From IMG/VR virus record IMGVR_UViG_3300043425_000164, positions 1-54,866 of that record: a DNA stretch of 54,866 nt. One strand, 5' to 3'. The notes beneath the pieces were generated by a model that saw only the letters and a list, made by a program, of their open reading frames with translations, searched no databases and had not been told where the DNA came from. The first letter of the stretch is position 1, and each line of letters opens with the position of its first letter. Made by a program: the position numbers and the translations under genes. Shown here piece after piece: positions 1-9,533 of this stretch. Origin of the DNA: a virus. Taxonomy: Duplodnaviria > Caudoviricetes.

Positions 1-126
1 CAACGAATCTTTCGTAATCTTCAGTCTCGACCATTTCAAATCCAAACATTACACCTTTAATTAAATATAGATTAATAGACATAATTTGATCCTTTATAGG
101 GCTTCTACGGCTTCAAGGGCTACAAT
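1..126. repeat. Terminal overlap, copy 1 (circular assembly or terminal redundancy)
   Basis: Positions 1-126 are identical to 54737-54862. Confidence 0.95.
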
Positions 127-297
127 CTTAGCCCGTAACTTTTCAATCTCAGCATCACGCTCTTCTAGCTTTTTAATCAAGCTGGTATTCATATCTGCCC
201 ACATCTGCAGACCTTCCATACGCTCTTTGTGGTCTTCAAACATCACCTTAAACATACGTTCGGACGCTTTAACCTGCTGTTCGATAAAGTCAATCAT
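94..297 (-). CDS. Hypothetical coiled-coil protein
   Basis: SD GGAGAG upstream; heptad-like C-terminus; co-oriented with the late operon. Confidence 0.75.
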   Translation of the reverse strand: MIDFIEQQVKASERMFKVMFEDHKERMEGLQMWADMNTSLIKKLEERDAEIEKLRAKIVALEAVEAL

Positions 298-305
298 TTT
301 CTCTC

Positions 306-539
306 CTAACGGTATTTAGCAGTTTTAGCTGCAATTTTCTTTGGTTGAGCTACAAACTGTTTGCCCTTGGCTTTACCTTCTCTTTTTGCTTTTGTAGTTG
401 CAGCATATTCTGCTGAGGATAAAGCACCAATGGCTTTTTCAGGCAAATATCTTTCGCCTGTTTTAGATGATGGTTTACCTGATTTGGTACGCCACTTCTG
501 GTCTGTCCAGTCCTTCAATGATTTCTGAGGGGCTTTCAA
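306..539 (-). CDS. Small basic protein, DUF5872-like C-terminal half
   Basis: QKSLKDWTDQKWRTKSG...RYLPEKA motif; TTG start overlaps the upstream TGA. Confidence 0.7.
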   Translation of the reverse strand: MKAPQKSLKDWTDQKWRTKSGKPSSKTGERYLPEKAIGALSSAEYAATTKAKREGKAKGKQFVAQPKKIAAKTAKYR

Positions 540-724
540 TCTTTATACCCCCCACCAGCTTCTTTGTATTTCTTAGCCACTAACTGGGCTTTACGAGCCG
601 ACCACTGGCCTGCTTTTGTACCGTGCGTAGCCGATGCTTTTACTTGGGCTACGATTCTTTTGCGGAGTTCAGGCTTTGTATAGTTACCTGCTGCGTTTAC
701 AGTAGACTTCTTTTTGGTAGCCAT
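536..724 (-). CDS. Small basic protein, DUF5872-like N-terminal half
   Basis: YTKPELRKRI...GQWSARKAQLVAKKYKEAGGGY motif; start at MATKK is coupled to the upstream stop. Confidence 0.75.
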   Translation of the reverse strand: MATKKKSTVNAAGNYTKPELRKRIVAQVKASATHGTKAGQWSARKAQLVAKKYKEAGGGYKD

Positions 725-993
725 TAGCAATCCCACTTCTTCAAAGACAAGGCTTTACGAGTTGGACGACCCTTCTCGTCTTTCATTGGGCCTGGCATAC
801 CAGACATACGAGCACAGAATGACTTACGTCGTGCGGCTTTTGCAGGAGATTTAGCAGCTTCTTTAGCCGATACAGGCGGCTTGAGCCCAGGTTTGCCTGG
901 ATTTGCTGCGTTATAACTTGCACGCCCCTTTGCGTTTAAACCGCCTTCAGGATTCTTACCTTCTTTACGAGTCCATGCTGGTGTCTTTGCCAT
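724..993 (-). CDS. Conserved small basic phage protein (DUF6321-like)
   Basis: AWTRKEGKNPEGGLNAKGRASYN and RRKSFCARM...LKKWDC motifs. Confidence 0.75.
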   Translation of the reverse strand: MAKTPAWTRKEGKNPEGGLNAKGRASYNAANPGKPGLKPPVSAKEAAKSPAKAARRKSFCARMSGMPGPMKDEKGRPTRKALSLKKWDC

Positions 994-995
994 GA

Positions 996-1355
996 CTATT
1001 TCCTTTTGGTTGTCCGTTTTTTAGCCGCTACTGCGGTCCGAGTACTTGCTACGTTCTTCTTTGGCTTCGCCATTAAATACTTAATTAAGTCTGGATTATC
1101 ACCTAGAAGTGCATAAAGAGCGGTACCCATACCGTTTACTTGCTTCTCAGACATATTTAACTGCATGCAATAGTCAATAGCATGGATGGCTTCGTGCAAT
1201 AAGGTATCTCTTTCTAAGTCATGAGCCATACCGTGAGAAATTTTAATCTCTTGCTTGTTGTCGTCACACTGCCCACAGTCTTCTACCATAGGGACATCTG
1301 TTAACTTTATTGCGTAGTTCTTTCCTACAATCCGTAATACTTTTGGCAATGTCAT
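996..1355 (-). CDS. Zincin-like metallopeptidase (HExxH) with a basic tail
   Basis: TLLHEAIHAID motif; probable start MTLPK directly after the stop of the giant gene, with GGAG upstream. Confidence 0.7.
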   Translation of the reverse strand: MTLPKVLRIVGKNYAIKLTDVPMVEDCGQCDDNKQEIKISHGMAHDLERDTLLHEAIHAIDYCMQLNMSEKQVNGMGTALYALLGDNPDLIKYLMAKPKKNVASTRTAVAAKKRTTKRK

Positions 1356-1356
1356 G

Positions 1357-4300
1357 TCATAGCTCCGATGTTTGGCGAACAAAACCTTTATTGGCTCTGT
1401 TAGTTGTTACTCCGCCAACTACACCTCTTTCGCGTTTAGCCTGTTCTTGTGGAGCTTTTAGTAATGTTGATAATGGCTGTCTTGTGTAACCATTACGAAC
1501 ACGTGATTGCTGTAGTTTTTCCCAATCTTGTCTTGCTTCCGATAGGGCTGCTCCATCACCTTTTCTATACGCCCGTGCATACACACGTTTGATTTCGCTG
1601 GCCTTATCATTATAGAACTGATCGTACTCAAACTTGGCGCTTTGTAAAAATTGTTTATCAGTGAACTGCTTAGTTGGTAAGCCTAAGCCAACCATAAAGG
1701 CCTCTAAAGTACTGACTTCATCTGGGCTGATAAGTACATCGTCTGTACGTGATGTAACGCCCTCAGTGGCGAACCTATAGCCTTTCATGACTTGGGCTAG
1801 TCCGGTGGGCATCAGCTGCTCAATACCTTTGTAGTAGCTTCCCTGACCCATGAGAGATAGGCCGTCGGCTGCTTTTAAGGTTAGGCCACCAAATGGGCCG
1901 GTCATTAGGGCATACCCTGCCTGAGCCACACCTGCTTTGCTAAAGTCAATGTCTGTATATGGCAGGATTGAAAGCATTTGACCCATACCGATCTTACCCG
2001 ACACATCCACACCCATAGCCGCAGGTACACCCTTAACCAGCAAATCAGCTAAGAAATCATCACCAATCGCCCGGCGCATAGCAAGTTCTGGATTATCTGG
2101 CTCATCTTCGTCACCAAAGACTAGACCATATAGGAAAGATAGGGCCGCAAACCCAGGTAATCCCATTACACCGCCCATAGCTGCGGTATGTCCAATTGTG
2201 AACATCAGGGCGCGGCGCCCGATTTGACGAGTCTGCTCATCTTGTCCGGCAAACGCATCATTAAATAGACGGGCCATTAGGCTTAACTGAATTAGCTGAA
2301 ACTTACGGAACTGAGTAGCTAAACGACCTAAACCCTTACGGCTAATACGAGGAGCATTACCTACGCTATAGTCACCGTGGGTGGTGTAAATAACCTTGTC
2401 AGCATAATCAATAGCATTGTTCTTATTAACCCGAGCCTCTAAACGGTACGCTGCTACAGCGGTTGCCACACGGTTAATGGATTCAATGTCTTGTGCAATA
2501 CCACGCAAATACTCTGTAGCACGGCCAAACTTAGCTAGCTTGGAATCCTCAGTAGACCTCCAACGACCTAAGTCCTGCTCAAGGCTAATGTCGATTCTTC
2601 CGCGATTAACGAGCTCCTCAACAACATCTCTAACATCGGCGGGTAGTTTGTTATAGCTATTCTCATCAAGACCATGCTTACGAATAACGCTAGCAATATC
2701 CGAGTACGCATTAGTAAACTCCTTCCAGGCTTTATCGTAGCCATGCTTAGCGCCAATTACAGGCAACGACATCATGAATGGCTGAGTCATATTCTGTAAG
2801 TAGTAAGCAGGATTGGTCAAAAGCATCCAGACAGAGGTTGTATTCAGTGCTTTATCAATAAACGGCGATGGCTCATAATCCAAGCTCATTACATGCCGCT
2901 TCATAAACTCGTTGTAATACCGGCGACGCTCAGCGCGACCTGGGGTACGGGCATCGGCTTCTGCTTTCATCTGACGCAGACTATCGTAAATCTCATCAGA
3001 GTTTTCCAATGAGGAAATAAAGTGTGCCGTGGCTCGACCCTGAGTAGCAAACGCCCGCATCATATCTTTTTCAGCACCAGCAATCTTACGACGGCGACGC
3101 TCAGACTGGCGAGCAGACTGCTCAGACAGCATTGTTAAATGAAGATCGGATAATAAGCGGTTAATCGCTCGTTGAGATTTGTCAGCAGTATTATCGTCCT
3201 GGGTCTCTTCGACCATATTACGTAGGCGATAGAAAAGTCCCTGTACATCTGCTCCGCCGTAGAGGGCGGTACGGGCTGTGTCTTTTTCAAACGGTTCGAC
3301 GAGCGCATAGTTTGTCTCCTCATCACGAGCAATAGCCTTAGCTTCACCCATTGTTTCTGCAAACTGAACAAAGTAATGATCTTGGTTTTTCTCCATTTCA
3401 CGCAGCTTGCTATTTGCTTCGGCTACTTGGTCAGGAGTTGAGTTGGGGTTATCCCTAATATTTTCTTGGTCTAGATATGCCTGTGAACGACCAACCACTA
3501 CATAGTTACCAAAACGCTTCAGAGGCGCATATGGAGATTTGCTATTTACCCGCATCAAGGTGCGGTACTCAGTCAGCGAATTAGCCTTCTTTTTGGTTAG
3601 CTCTGCCACTTCTTGGGCATCACCAGCTTTTTGCGCTGCAGCAATTAATGCATCGTATTCAGTATTAATGTTACGGATAACTGCATCTTGCATTGCCTTT
3701 AATACCTGCTGACCGTGAGTAAAGACTTCTTTAATTAAATTCTGTGCTGCAGCTGGGAACGCATCAAAACGAGCCTTTAATTCAGGGTCAATCTTAGCGC
3801 CCTTGATATTTGGGTCATACGCCCACTCGCCCTTCATCGTCATATCTTTGAGGAACTGATTAACGCTATTCTCGCCAACACCCTTAACTTGGTCTGGCAG
3901 GGCATCGTATTTCTGCAAGATTTGATCTACCCGACGCTCAAAGCGGGTTTTAACAGCTTGCTGCTCTTTAATTAACTGGACATACTTCTTGGCAGAAGGA
4001 ATAAACTTAGCAGCTAGGTCAGCAAGATCTTCGGTAAATGCAAAATACGGTAAACCTTTCTTAGCGAAGTCGACAATGTTATCTGTGATCTGCTGTAATG
4101 GGCCACGAATTGGCTTGGGTAACTTGGCTACCTGTTGTGCAGTGGCCTCTCTAACTTTATTTAGATTAGCGGATTTACTAATATTTGTACGAATAGATGG
4201 GCTTACTTGTACTCGTAGAGCATCCGCTGCTGTTTTCATGCGACTAAGTACGTCAGCAGGCAAAGCCCCTTTAAACGACCCGACATCGACCCTTGCTACT

Positions 4301-7300
4301 CCGCTTGTATCCCCCATTTTGATGCCGGGCAGATATATCGTATTACCAAGTCTATTAGTGGCTTTATATAATGAATAGTCACCTTCTACCCATACCGGAG
4401 CACCATAATCCGCATTTAATGACCAGGTAGGCCATTTGGTAACATTAGTCTGTTTTCCAAAAGATTGAAAGCGTTTGTTAGCTTCTGCAATGTAAGGAGT
4501 TAGAGACTCTGTAAACATACCTTCTGAAATAGCCATTAAGTTGGCCAGAGCAGAATCAGATCTAACTGGTAGGTTTAGAGCACTAGAGATTAGTTTTACA
4601 AACTTGTCCCAGAAAGTAACTTTTGGTGATACTACAACGCTTGCTAAATATTCTTGGAAGTCTTTATTTGTTAAACCCCATGCCAGCAATTCGTCTGGGT
4701 CAGCTAAAGAATTATTTTCTCTTTGGAAGTACCGTTTTTCAAATTCATTTAGTGTACCGTCTGCGGCACGCTTGTTGTAATACGTTACTATTTCGTTAAA
4801 AAGCTCTCTTAACTGTTTGGCTGCTGAGCTGTCAGGAGCCATTTTTATTTGTCCTTGGGTTACAGCATGGATTAGCTCATGTACTAATGTTTCGTAATTA
4901 GTACCGGCTTTGTCCCCAGTATGGGCACCATTAAGGATAACGTCTATCTTTTGAGCCTGACCTAAACCGGCAGGAGTGTAAATAGATATTCCAGATGCGT
5001 TACCAGTTAGTTGTTTACCTGGATTTGTGAGGCTAAAACTAAATTCAACTCCTAAGCTAGCTAGCTCTTTTAAGCGAGCGTCTATTGCACGTAAAACCGT
5101 GCGCTCGTAGTCGTTTCTTGCTTTCGATAAAGCCCAGTTCATTGCCTCTTGAATTGTTTTACCACGGAGGGCTGCGTCTACTTCTTGAGACTGAGGGTCA
5201 ATTAGTGGATTATTTTCGCTAAAAGATCTTTGAACACTTTGAGCTGGAGTCATCATTTTAGCGAGCTTGACTAGCTCAGTTTGAACATCTTCAGGAGTCC
5301 AGTTTTCTTCGCCAAAACTAATCCAGTCGGCTTGCTGTTCTTCACTCAACTCTGAGAACTTTGGAGCATCAGGAAAATCTTTTATGCCTCTGTTCCATGC
5401 TTGCTCAGCTTGTTCTTCTAGCGTCCTCGCGCTGACTTCTTCATCGGCTTGTTCAGCTTCTGCGGCAGCTTCGTCCCTTTCGGTGTCTTCGCTTGGAACT
5501 CTTTGGCGAGCTTCGGCTTGTTTGCGTACAGATACCCTTTTTGTGCTTCGCTTTTGAACGGCATTATCTTCTCCTTTAGCAACACGAACTTCTTGACGAC
5601 GGTTGATTTCTTTAATAATAGCGTCTAGGTCAGAATCAACAATACGCTCATCAATAGCTAAGTTATTAAGTTCAAAGTCTTTTAGGGCTTCAATACCTTT
5701 TTTCTTAAACTTTTGATACGTTCTGTTGGCAGATGCAGCATCTTCTAATTCAGTAGCACCACTTACTTGTGGGTTAAATACTCGGAATCCAGATGCACCA
5801 CCACCTTCTTTTTCGCTAGTTTCTTCACGACCAAGAGTTTGGTCTTCTTTCTCAGCAACCATAGCTGCTTCTTCAGCCATGCTTGGGCCTGCTTCATCCG
5901 ATACGGCAGCTTCACGAGCCGCAACAGCTTCAAAGTCTAGGTCTTCTTCCGTTAATGCTTGCGCTTCGGTTTCAGTTTCTGCTTTGGCAGTAGACTTAAC
6001 CAATAGGTTATAAACATCGTCTTTCGTATAACCTAAGCGTTTAGCGGCTGCAAAGATTCGAGCGCCCCAAGTTTCTTGGGCTGTTGGTCCAGCGATTTGA
6101 GCAATACGAGCATCTGATACACCGTATTCTTTAGCAATTTCAACAGAAGTTTTTTCTCCTGTCAGATACTCCATAACGATACCGCCATCACGAGTACCAA
6201 AAGCGGAGTTAACAATAGTTCTAACCCGCTCTAATGCTTCAATACGATCATCAGGAATTACTTGCGCTTCTTGCCCAGTACTGGGAACGGCATTACTGAC
6301 CCGACCGGCACTGGGCTCAACCCGTGCTCGTACACTTCCTGGTCCGACATTTTGGACTGTACTCGGGAGTATAAGGTTGCTTCCTGTCCCGATGGGTCGA
6401 ACTTCGTTGGGTCGTACAGGCCCACTGACTCCAGGGCTTGCTTCTGCTGCTCTTCCTTGCTCTGATACTGTTCCCAGCCCGGCAGGACTCGGCACTCGCA
6501 GTTGTTGTCTTTCATTTGTTGCTCCTTTAGTTGTTTCGGATGCTAGTTGCTGAAGGGCTACAAAAGCTGGCGCATCCTTGCCAGTCAAAGCCTTATAAAA
6601 ACTATTAAGCTGGTCAGCCTCTTTTAGTGCTTTTGGACCTTCCAAACTTCCAATCAAAACATCTGCACGCTCGGCAGCATCTGCTTTATCCGCAGAACTA
6701 TCGATACCCCACTCAGATAAAAATTTAACTGCTGCGTTATTTACAGTTTTAGCATTTGACTTTAGGGGTACTTTTACAGCGCCAGAATTAAGAGCAGCGC
6801 CAATAATTGATTTTTGCTCAGGGGTCTTGTCTTGATTTAGAGCATCAAGATCAGCCAAAAACTTAGTAGCATCAGCTTGGGTAAATAAAGTCTTACCTGC
6901 AACGGTATAACGTCCTGCAACTTGAGTAGGTTGAACACCATAGGTAGAAGAGATTTCGTCAAACGCAGCTTGTTGCTCTGCTCGTTGTTGAGCAGCTTGT
7001 TGTTCTGCTTGTGTTTGAGCTACTCTTGCTGCCTCAATTTGAGACTCAATATTTTGTCTAGGATTTAAAACAGGGTTGCTATCAATCTGAGCTTGCACAG
7101 CGGCTACTTCTTGCTCAGTTCTAGTTCTCTGGGGTGGGCCTACTAAGATCTCAGAACTATTAGCATCAATGGCTTTATTGATGGCATTACCATCAGGGGT
7201 GGTCGCTTCGCCGGTGCTTAGGTTTGTAGAACCTGGCAATAAACTTCCGGGAGCAGTAACACGATTTAACGTACCAACAACGGCACCAGTACCACCACCT

Positions 7301-8184
7301 AATAAACCGCCTAATGTAGCCGAACCAATAACACCGGTCATAGGCTGAATACTTGGAGCCATTTCACCAGCGGCAAGATTTGCCGATAACTTGGTAGCAC
7401 CTTCTTCAATAAATTCTGAACCAGCCTCAACACCGGTTGTGCGTAAAATGCTCTTTGTACCAGCAGCAAATGCTTTATCAGCACCAACTAAACCAGAAGC
7501 GGCACCAATAACAAAAGGAAGTGGCGTAGCTTTTCTAGCAGCATCAGTCGCCATTTTTTCACGCTGTTCAATTGGTAAGTCCTGTAGTTCAGGAGCATTC
7601 ATTACCATTTGATACGCATCACCAGCAGCATCACCACCAGCTAGCACAGCACCAGCAGCAGAACCACCGGTTAAACCGGCACGGGCAACACCACGCTCGG
7701 TAAGACCGAGGGCACCACCTATCATCTTTCCGCCCTTAATTGCTGCACCAGGACCAACAAAGCTACCAATAGCTTGCGACGCAGCAAGCATAGGATTTTC
7801 TCTTACGTATTTAAAAGCTCCGCCAGCTTGTTCAGCTAGGCTCTCAGACTGCATAGAACGACCGAGTTGGAACTTAGCTTCGGCAGCTTCTAAAGATTGT
7901 TTCTTTTCACCTTCTTCAATAAAACGACCAATAGCAGCAGAAGCCTCTGTGCCGGGCTTTACTATATCTAGGGCTGCTTTAGGAAGGGATGCGACAGCGT
8001 TTGCAAACTCAATAGCGTAATCGTTTGCCGCACCAAATATGCCTCGTTTTTCAGTTACACCAAGATAGCCCGCTACTTCTTTCGGAGATAGACCAGTAAG
8101 TTCGACCCCTTTATCTAGGATCTCTCTATCACTTAGGTCTTTAGCCCACGGTGCTGCTTGGCGAATTTCGTCAAACAAAGACAT
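1357..8184 (-). CDS. Large internal virion/ejection protein (polyvalent: HTH, zincin HExxH and PLxRFG-type regions)
   Basis: 2275 aa; last of three ejection-like genes; Gly/Ala-rich N-terminus; TLVHELIHAVT; YAPLKRFGNY; SVEIAKEYGVSDARIAQI. Confidence 0.8.
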   Translation of the reverse strand: MSLFDEIRQAAPWAKDLSDREILDKGVELTGLSPKEVAGYLGVTEKRGIFGAANDYAIEFANAVASLPKAALDIVKPGTEASAAIGRFIEEGEKKQSLEAAEAKFQLGRSMQSESLAEQAGGAFKYVRENPMLAASQAIGSFVGPGAAIKGGKMIGGALGLTERGVARAGLTGGSAAGAVLAGGDAAGDAYQMVMNAPELQDLPIEQREKMATDAARKATPLPFVIGAASGLVGADKAFAAGTKSILRTTGVEAGSEFIEEGATKLSANLAAGEMAPSIQPMTGVIGSATLGGLLGGGTGAVVGTLNRVTAPGSLLPGSTNLSTGEATTPDGNAINKAIDANSSEILVGPPQRTRTEQEVAAVQAQIDSNPVLNPRQNIESQIEAARVAQTQAEQQAAQQRAEQQAAFDEISSTYGVQPTQVAGRYTVAGKTLFTQADATKFLADLDALNQDKTPEQKSIIGAALNSGAVKVPLKSNAKTVNNAAVKFLSEWGIDSSADKADAAERADVLIGSLEGPKALKEADQLNSFYKALTGKDAPAFVALQQLASETTKGATNERQQLRVPSPAGLGTVSEQGRAAEASPGVSGPVRPNEVRPIGTGSNLILPSTVQNVGPGSVRARVEPSAGRVSNAVPSTGQEAQVIPDDRIEALERVRTIVNSAFGTRDGGIVMEYLTGEKTSVEIAKEYGVSDARIAQIAGPTAQETWGARIFAAAKRLGYTKDDVYNLLVKSTAKAETETEAQALTEEDLDFEAVAAREAAVSDEAGPSMAEEAAMVAEKEDQTLGREETSEKEGGGASGFRVFNPQVSGATELEDAASANRTYQKFKKKGIEALKDFELNNLAIDERIVDSDLDAIIKEINRRQEVRVAKGEDNAVQKRSTKRVSVRKQAEARQRVPSEDTERDEAAAEAEQADEEVSARTLEEQAEQAWNRGIKDFPDAPKFSELSEEQQADWISFGEENWTPEDVQTELVKLAKMMTPAQSVQRSFSENNPLIDPQSQEVDAALRGKTIQEAMNWALSKARNDYERTVLRAIDARLKELASLGVEFSFSLTNPGKQLTGNASGISIYTPAGLGQAQKIDVILNGAHTGDKAGTNYETLVHELIHAVTQGQIKMAPDSSAAKQLRELFNEIVTYYNKRAADGTLNEFEKRYFQRENNSLADPDELLAWGLTNKDFQEYLASVVVSPKVTFWDKFVKLISSALNLPVRSDSALANLMAISEGMFTESLTPYIAEANKRFQSFGKQTNVTKWPTWSLNADYGAPVWVEGDYSLYKATNRLGNTIYLPGIKMGDTSGVARVDVGSFKGALPADVLSRMKTAADALRVQVSPSIRTNISKSANLNKVREATAQQVAKLPKPIRGPLQQITDNIVDFAKKGLPYFAFTEDLADLAAKFIPSAKKYVQLIKEQQAVKTRFERRVDQILQKYDALPDQVKGVGENSVNQFLKDMTMKGEWAYDPNIKGAKIDPELKARFDAFPAAAQNLIKEVFTHGQQVLKAMQDAVIRNINTEYDALIAAAQKAGDAQEVAELTKKKANSLTEYRTLMRVNSKSPYAPLKRFGNYVVVGRSQAYLDQENIRDNPNSTPDQVAEANSKLREMEKNQDHYFVQFAETMGEAKAIARDEETNYALVEPFEKDTARTALYGGADVQGLFYRLRNMVEETQDDNTADKSQRAINRLLSDLHLTMLSEQSARQSERRRRKIAGAEKDMMRAFATQGRATAHFISSLENSDEIYDSLRQMKAEADARTPGRAERRRYYNEFMKRHVMSLDYEPSPFIDKALNTTSVWMLLTNPAYYLQNMTQPFMMSLPVIGAKHGYDKAWKEFTNAYSDIASVIRKHGLDENSYNKLPADVRDVVEELVNRGRIDISLEQDLGRWRSTEDSKLAKFGRATEYLRGIAQDIESINRVATAVAAYRLEARVNKNNAIDYADKVIYTTHGDYSVGNAPRISRKGLGRLATQFRKFQLIQLSLMARLFNDAFAGQDEQTRQIGRRALMFTIGHTAAMGGVMGLPGFAALSFLYGLVFGDEDEPDNPELAMRRAIGDDFLADLLVKGVPAAMGVDVSGKIGMGQMLSILPYTDIDFSKAGVAQAGYALMTGPFGGLTLKAADGLSLMGQGSYYKGIEQLMPTGLAQVMKGYRFATEGVTSRTDDVLISPDEVSTLEAFMVGLGLPTKQFTDKQFLQSAKFEYDQFYNDKASEIKRVYARAYRKGDGAALSEARQDWEKLQQSRVRNGYTRQPLSTLLKAPQEQAKRERGVVGGVTTNRANKGFVRQTSEL
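5418..5564 (-). CDS. Nested 48-aa basic protein (MPFKSEAQKGYLYANKPKLAKEFQAKTPKG...) in the +1 frame of the giant gene
   Basis: SD AAAGGAG at 5571-5577, 6 nt before the ATG; translation resembles a recurrent small phage protein type (MPFKSxAQ...AKEF...TPKG). Confidence 0.7.
   Translation of the reverse strand: MPFKSEAQKGYLYANKPKLAKEFQAKTPKGTKLPQKLNKPMKKSARGR
6258..6515 (-). CDS. Nested 85-aa protein in the +1 frame of the giant gene
   Basis: Context AAAGGAGCAACAAATG gives a strong SD at normal spacing; same frame offset as 5418-5564. Confidence 0.55.
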   Translation of the reverse strand: MKDNNCECRVLPGWEQYQSKEEQQKQALESVGLYDPTKFDPSGQEATLYSRVQSKMSDQEVYEHGLSPVPVGSVMPFPVLGKKRK

Positions 8185-8198
8185 ATTGTATTAATCCT

Positions 8199-9518
8199 TT
8201 ACGGTGCTGCGATGGTTCCGATATTTCTATCTGTATCGTCTGGTATTGCCTTAGGTGGTAATTTTGCCCGAGTTTGTGGAGCTCCGCCAGGGGGATTACC
8301 GTTAAAGTTCCTAAATGCATCTACTACAGGGTTAGCCGCTCCACCGGGGAGTCCTGTTGCCGGTAAAAAATTACCTGGACGCTTTGGATCAGGGATAAAG
8401 ATCTGATTACCAATAGTTACCGATCCGTCTGGATTAACTGTAGGAGCTTTAGTATCAGGAGCTTTAAGAACTAGACCAATAGCTTGTTTTCTAGCCTCTG
8501 GTAGGGTATATGGCTTACCTGTTTTAGGATTATTTTCTCCGGACTCAACAAGTAATTCAGCGTATTCTTCGGCACGAGCTTTTGCACTATCAGCTTTTGT
8601 TCTGCCACCGCTGCGAAGATAAGCACCATAATCTTGATAATATTGGCCTTTATCTTCAGCTTCTTTTTCTTTAATCTTAAGTTGACGCTCACCTTGCATA
8701 TAAGCAATAACTTTATCAGGCGAACCTAGCAGGCTTACAGACTCATTCATAAAGCGGCCCATAGCAGCTTCGGATAATTTATCCACTGCCATATTTAAAT
8801 CGCTAATGGTTTCTAATACATCGCCCTTGGGGCCAAGAACTTGAATGCGGCTACCAATACCGTTCTTACCCTCTACGAACTTGATGTTTTTCATGCCGTT
8901 TTTAGAAGCGACATCGTAGACACCTTTTAGACCAAATGAATCGGCTGCTCCTCTAATAGAGGCTAAGTCATCGTTTAGTTTCTCTTGCTTCTTAAAGAAC
9001 TTGTCTTCGTTTTCTGATTGACGAACTAGCTGTTTTAGCTGAATAGCTTCTACTGTACCTTTACGGCTAATCTGACCGGCTGCTTTTACATAGTCTTCCA
9101 TGCCTTGAGCTTTAGTAAACTCAGTTGGTTTCATTTCAGGAAGGGCAGCTTTACTAGCAGGGATATCACCTTGGCGAACAGCGTTTTCACGCATAGCACC
9201 AGCAGCAGCTTCAGCAGATGCACGCTCAAAGGCTTGATCTTCGGCAGTATTCCCAGGTAAGGCACCTTGATTAGAAAGCATCTGAGCTTGTTGCGTACCA
9301 ATTTCACTACCTGTTTTAAGGGCTTGGGTATAGTCATCAGATTGTCCGACACGAGCTTGTGATTGACGCCATGCTTGATCAAGGGCTTCTTTTTCAGCAA
9401 TTTCTTTGCGTAACTGCTCACGCTGCATTGCACGAAGTTGTTCTTCGCCTAAACGCTCATATGTACTAATTCCGGTGTTTACTGCTGCGCCAAGGGCTGC
9501 ACCTAAGTTAATCGCCAT
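8199..9518 (-). CDS. Internal virion/ejection protein (middle of three)
   Basis: Helical and Ala/Gln-rich; GAALGAA N-terminus; lies between the pilot and giant proteins. Confidence 0.65.
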   Translation of the reverse strand: MAINLGAALGAAVNTGISTYERLGEEQLRAMQREQLRKEIAEKEALDQAWRQSQARVGQSDDYTQALKTGSEIGTQQAQMLSNQGALPGNTAEDQAFERASAEAAAGAMRENAVRQGDIPASKAALPEMKPTEFTKAQGMEDYVKAAGQISRKGTVEAIQLKQLVRQSENEDKFFKKQEKLNDDLASIRGAADSFGLKGVYDVASKNGMKNIKFVEGKNGIGSRIQVLGPKGDVLETISDLNMAVDKLSEAAMGRFMNESVSLLGSPDKVIAYMQGERQLKIKEKEAEDKGQYYQDYGAYLRSGGRTKADSAKARAEEYAELLVESGENNPKTGKPYTLPEARKQAIGLVLKAPDTKAPTVNPDGSVTIGNQIFIPDPKRPGNFLPATGLPGGAANPVVDAFRNFNGNPPGGAPQTRAKLPPKAIPDDTDRNIGTIAAP

Positions 9519-9533
9519 ATCTATTCCTTATTT

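Noticed and set aside
2417-9433. Other alternative-frame ORFs in the ejection genes (e.g. 2568-2756, 3135-3401, 3989-4378, 8471-8707, 9131-9433)
   Set aside because: They are antisense shadows or lack an SD and protein-like composition, unlike the two nested ORFs reported.
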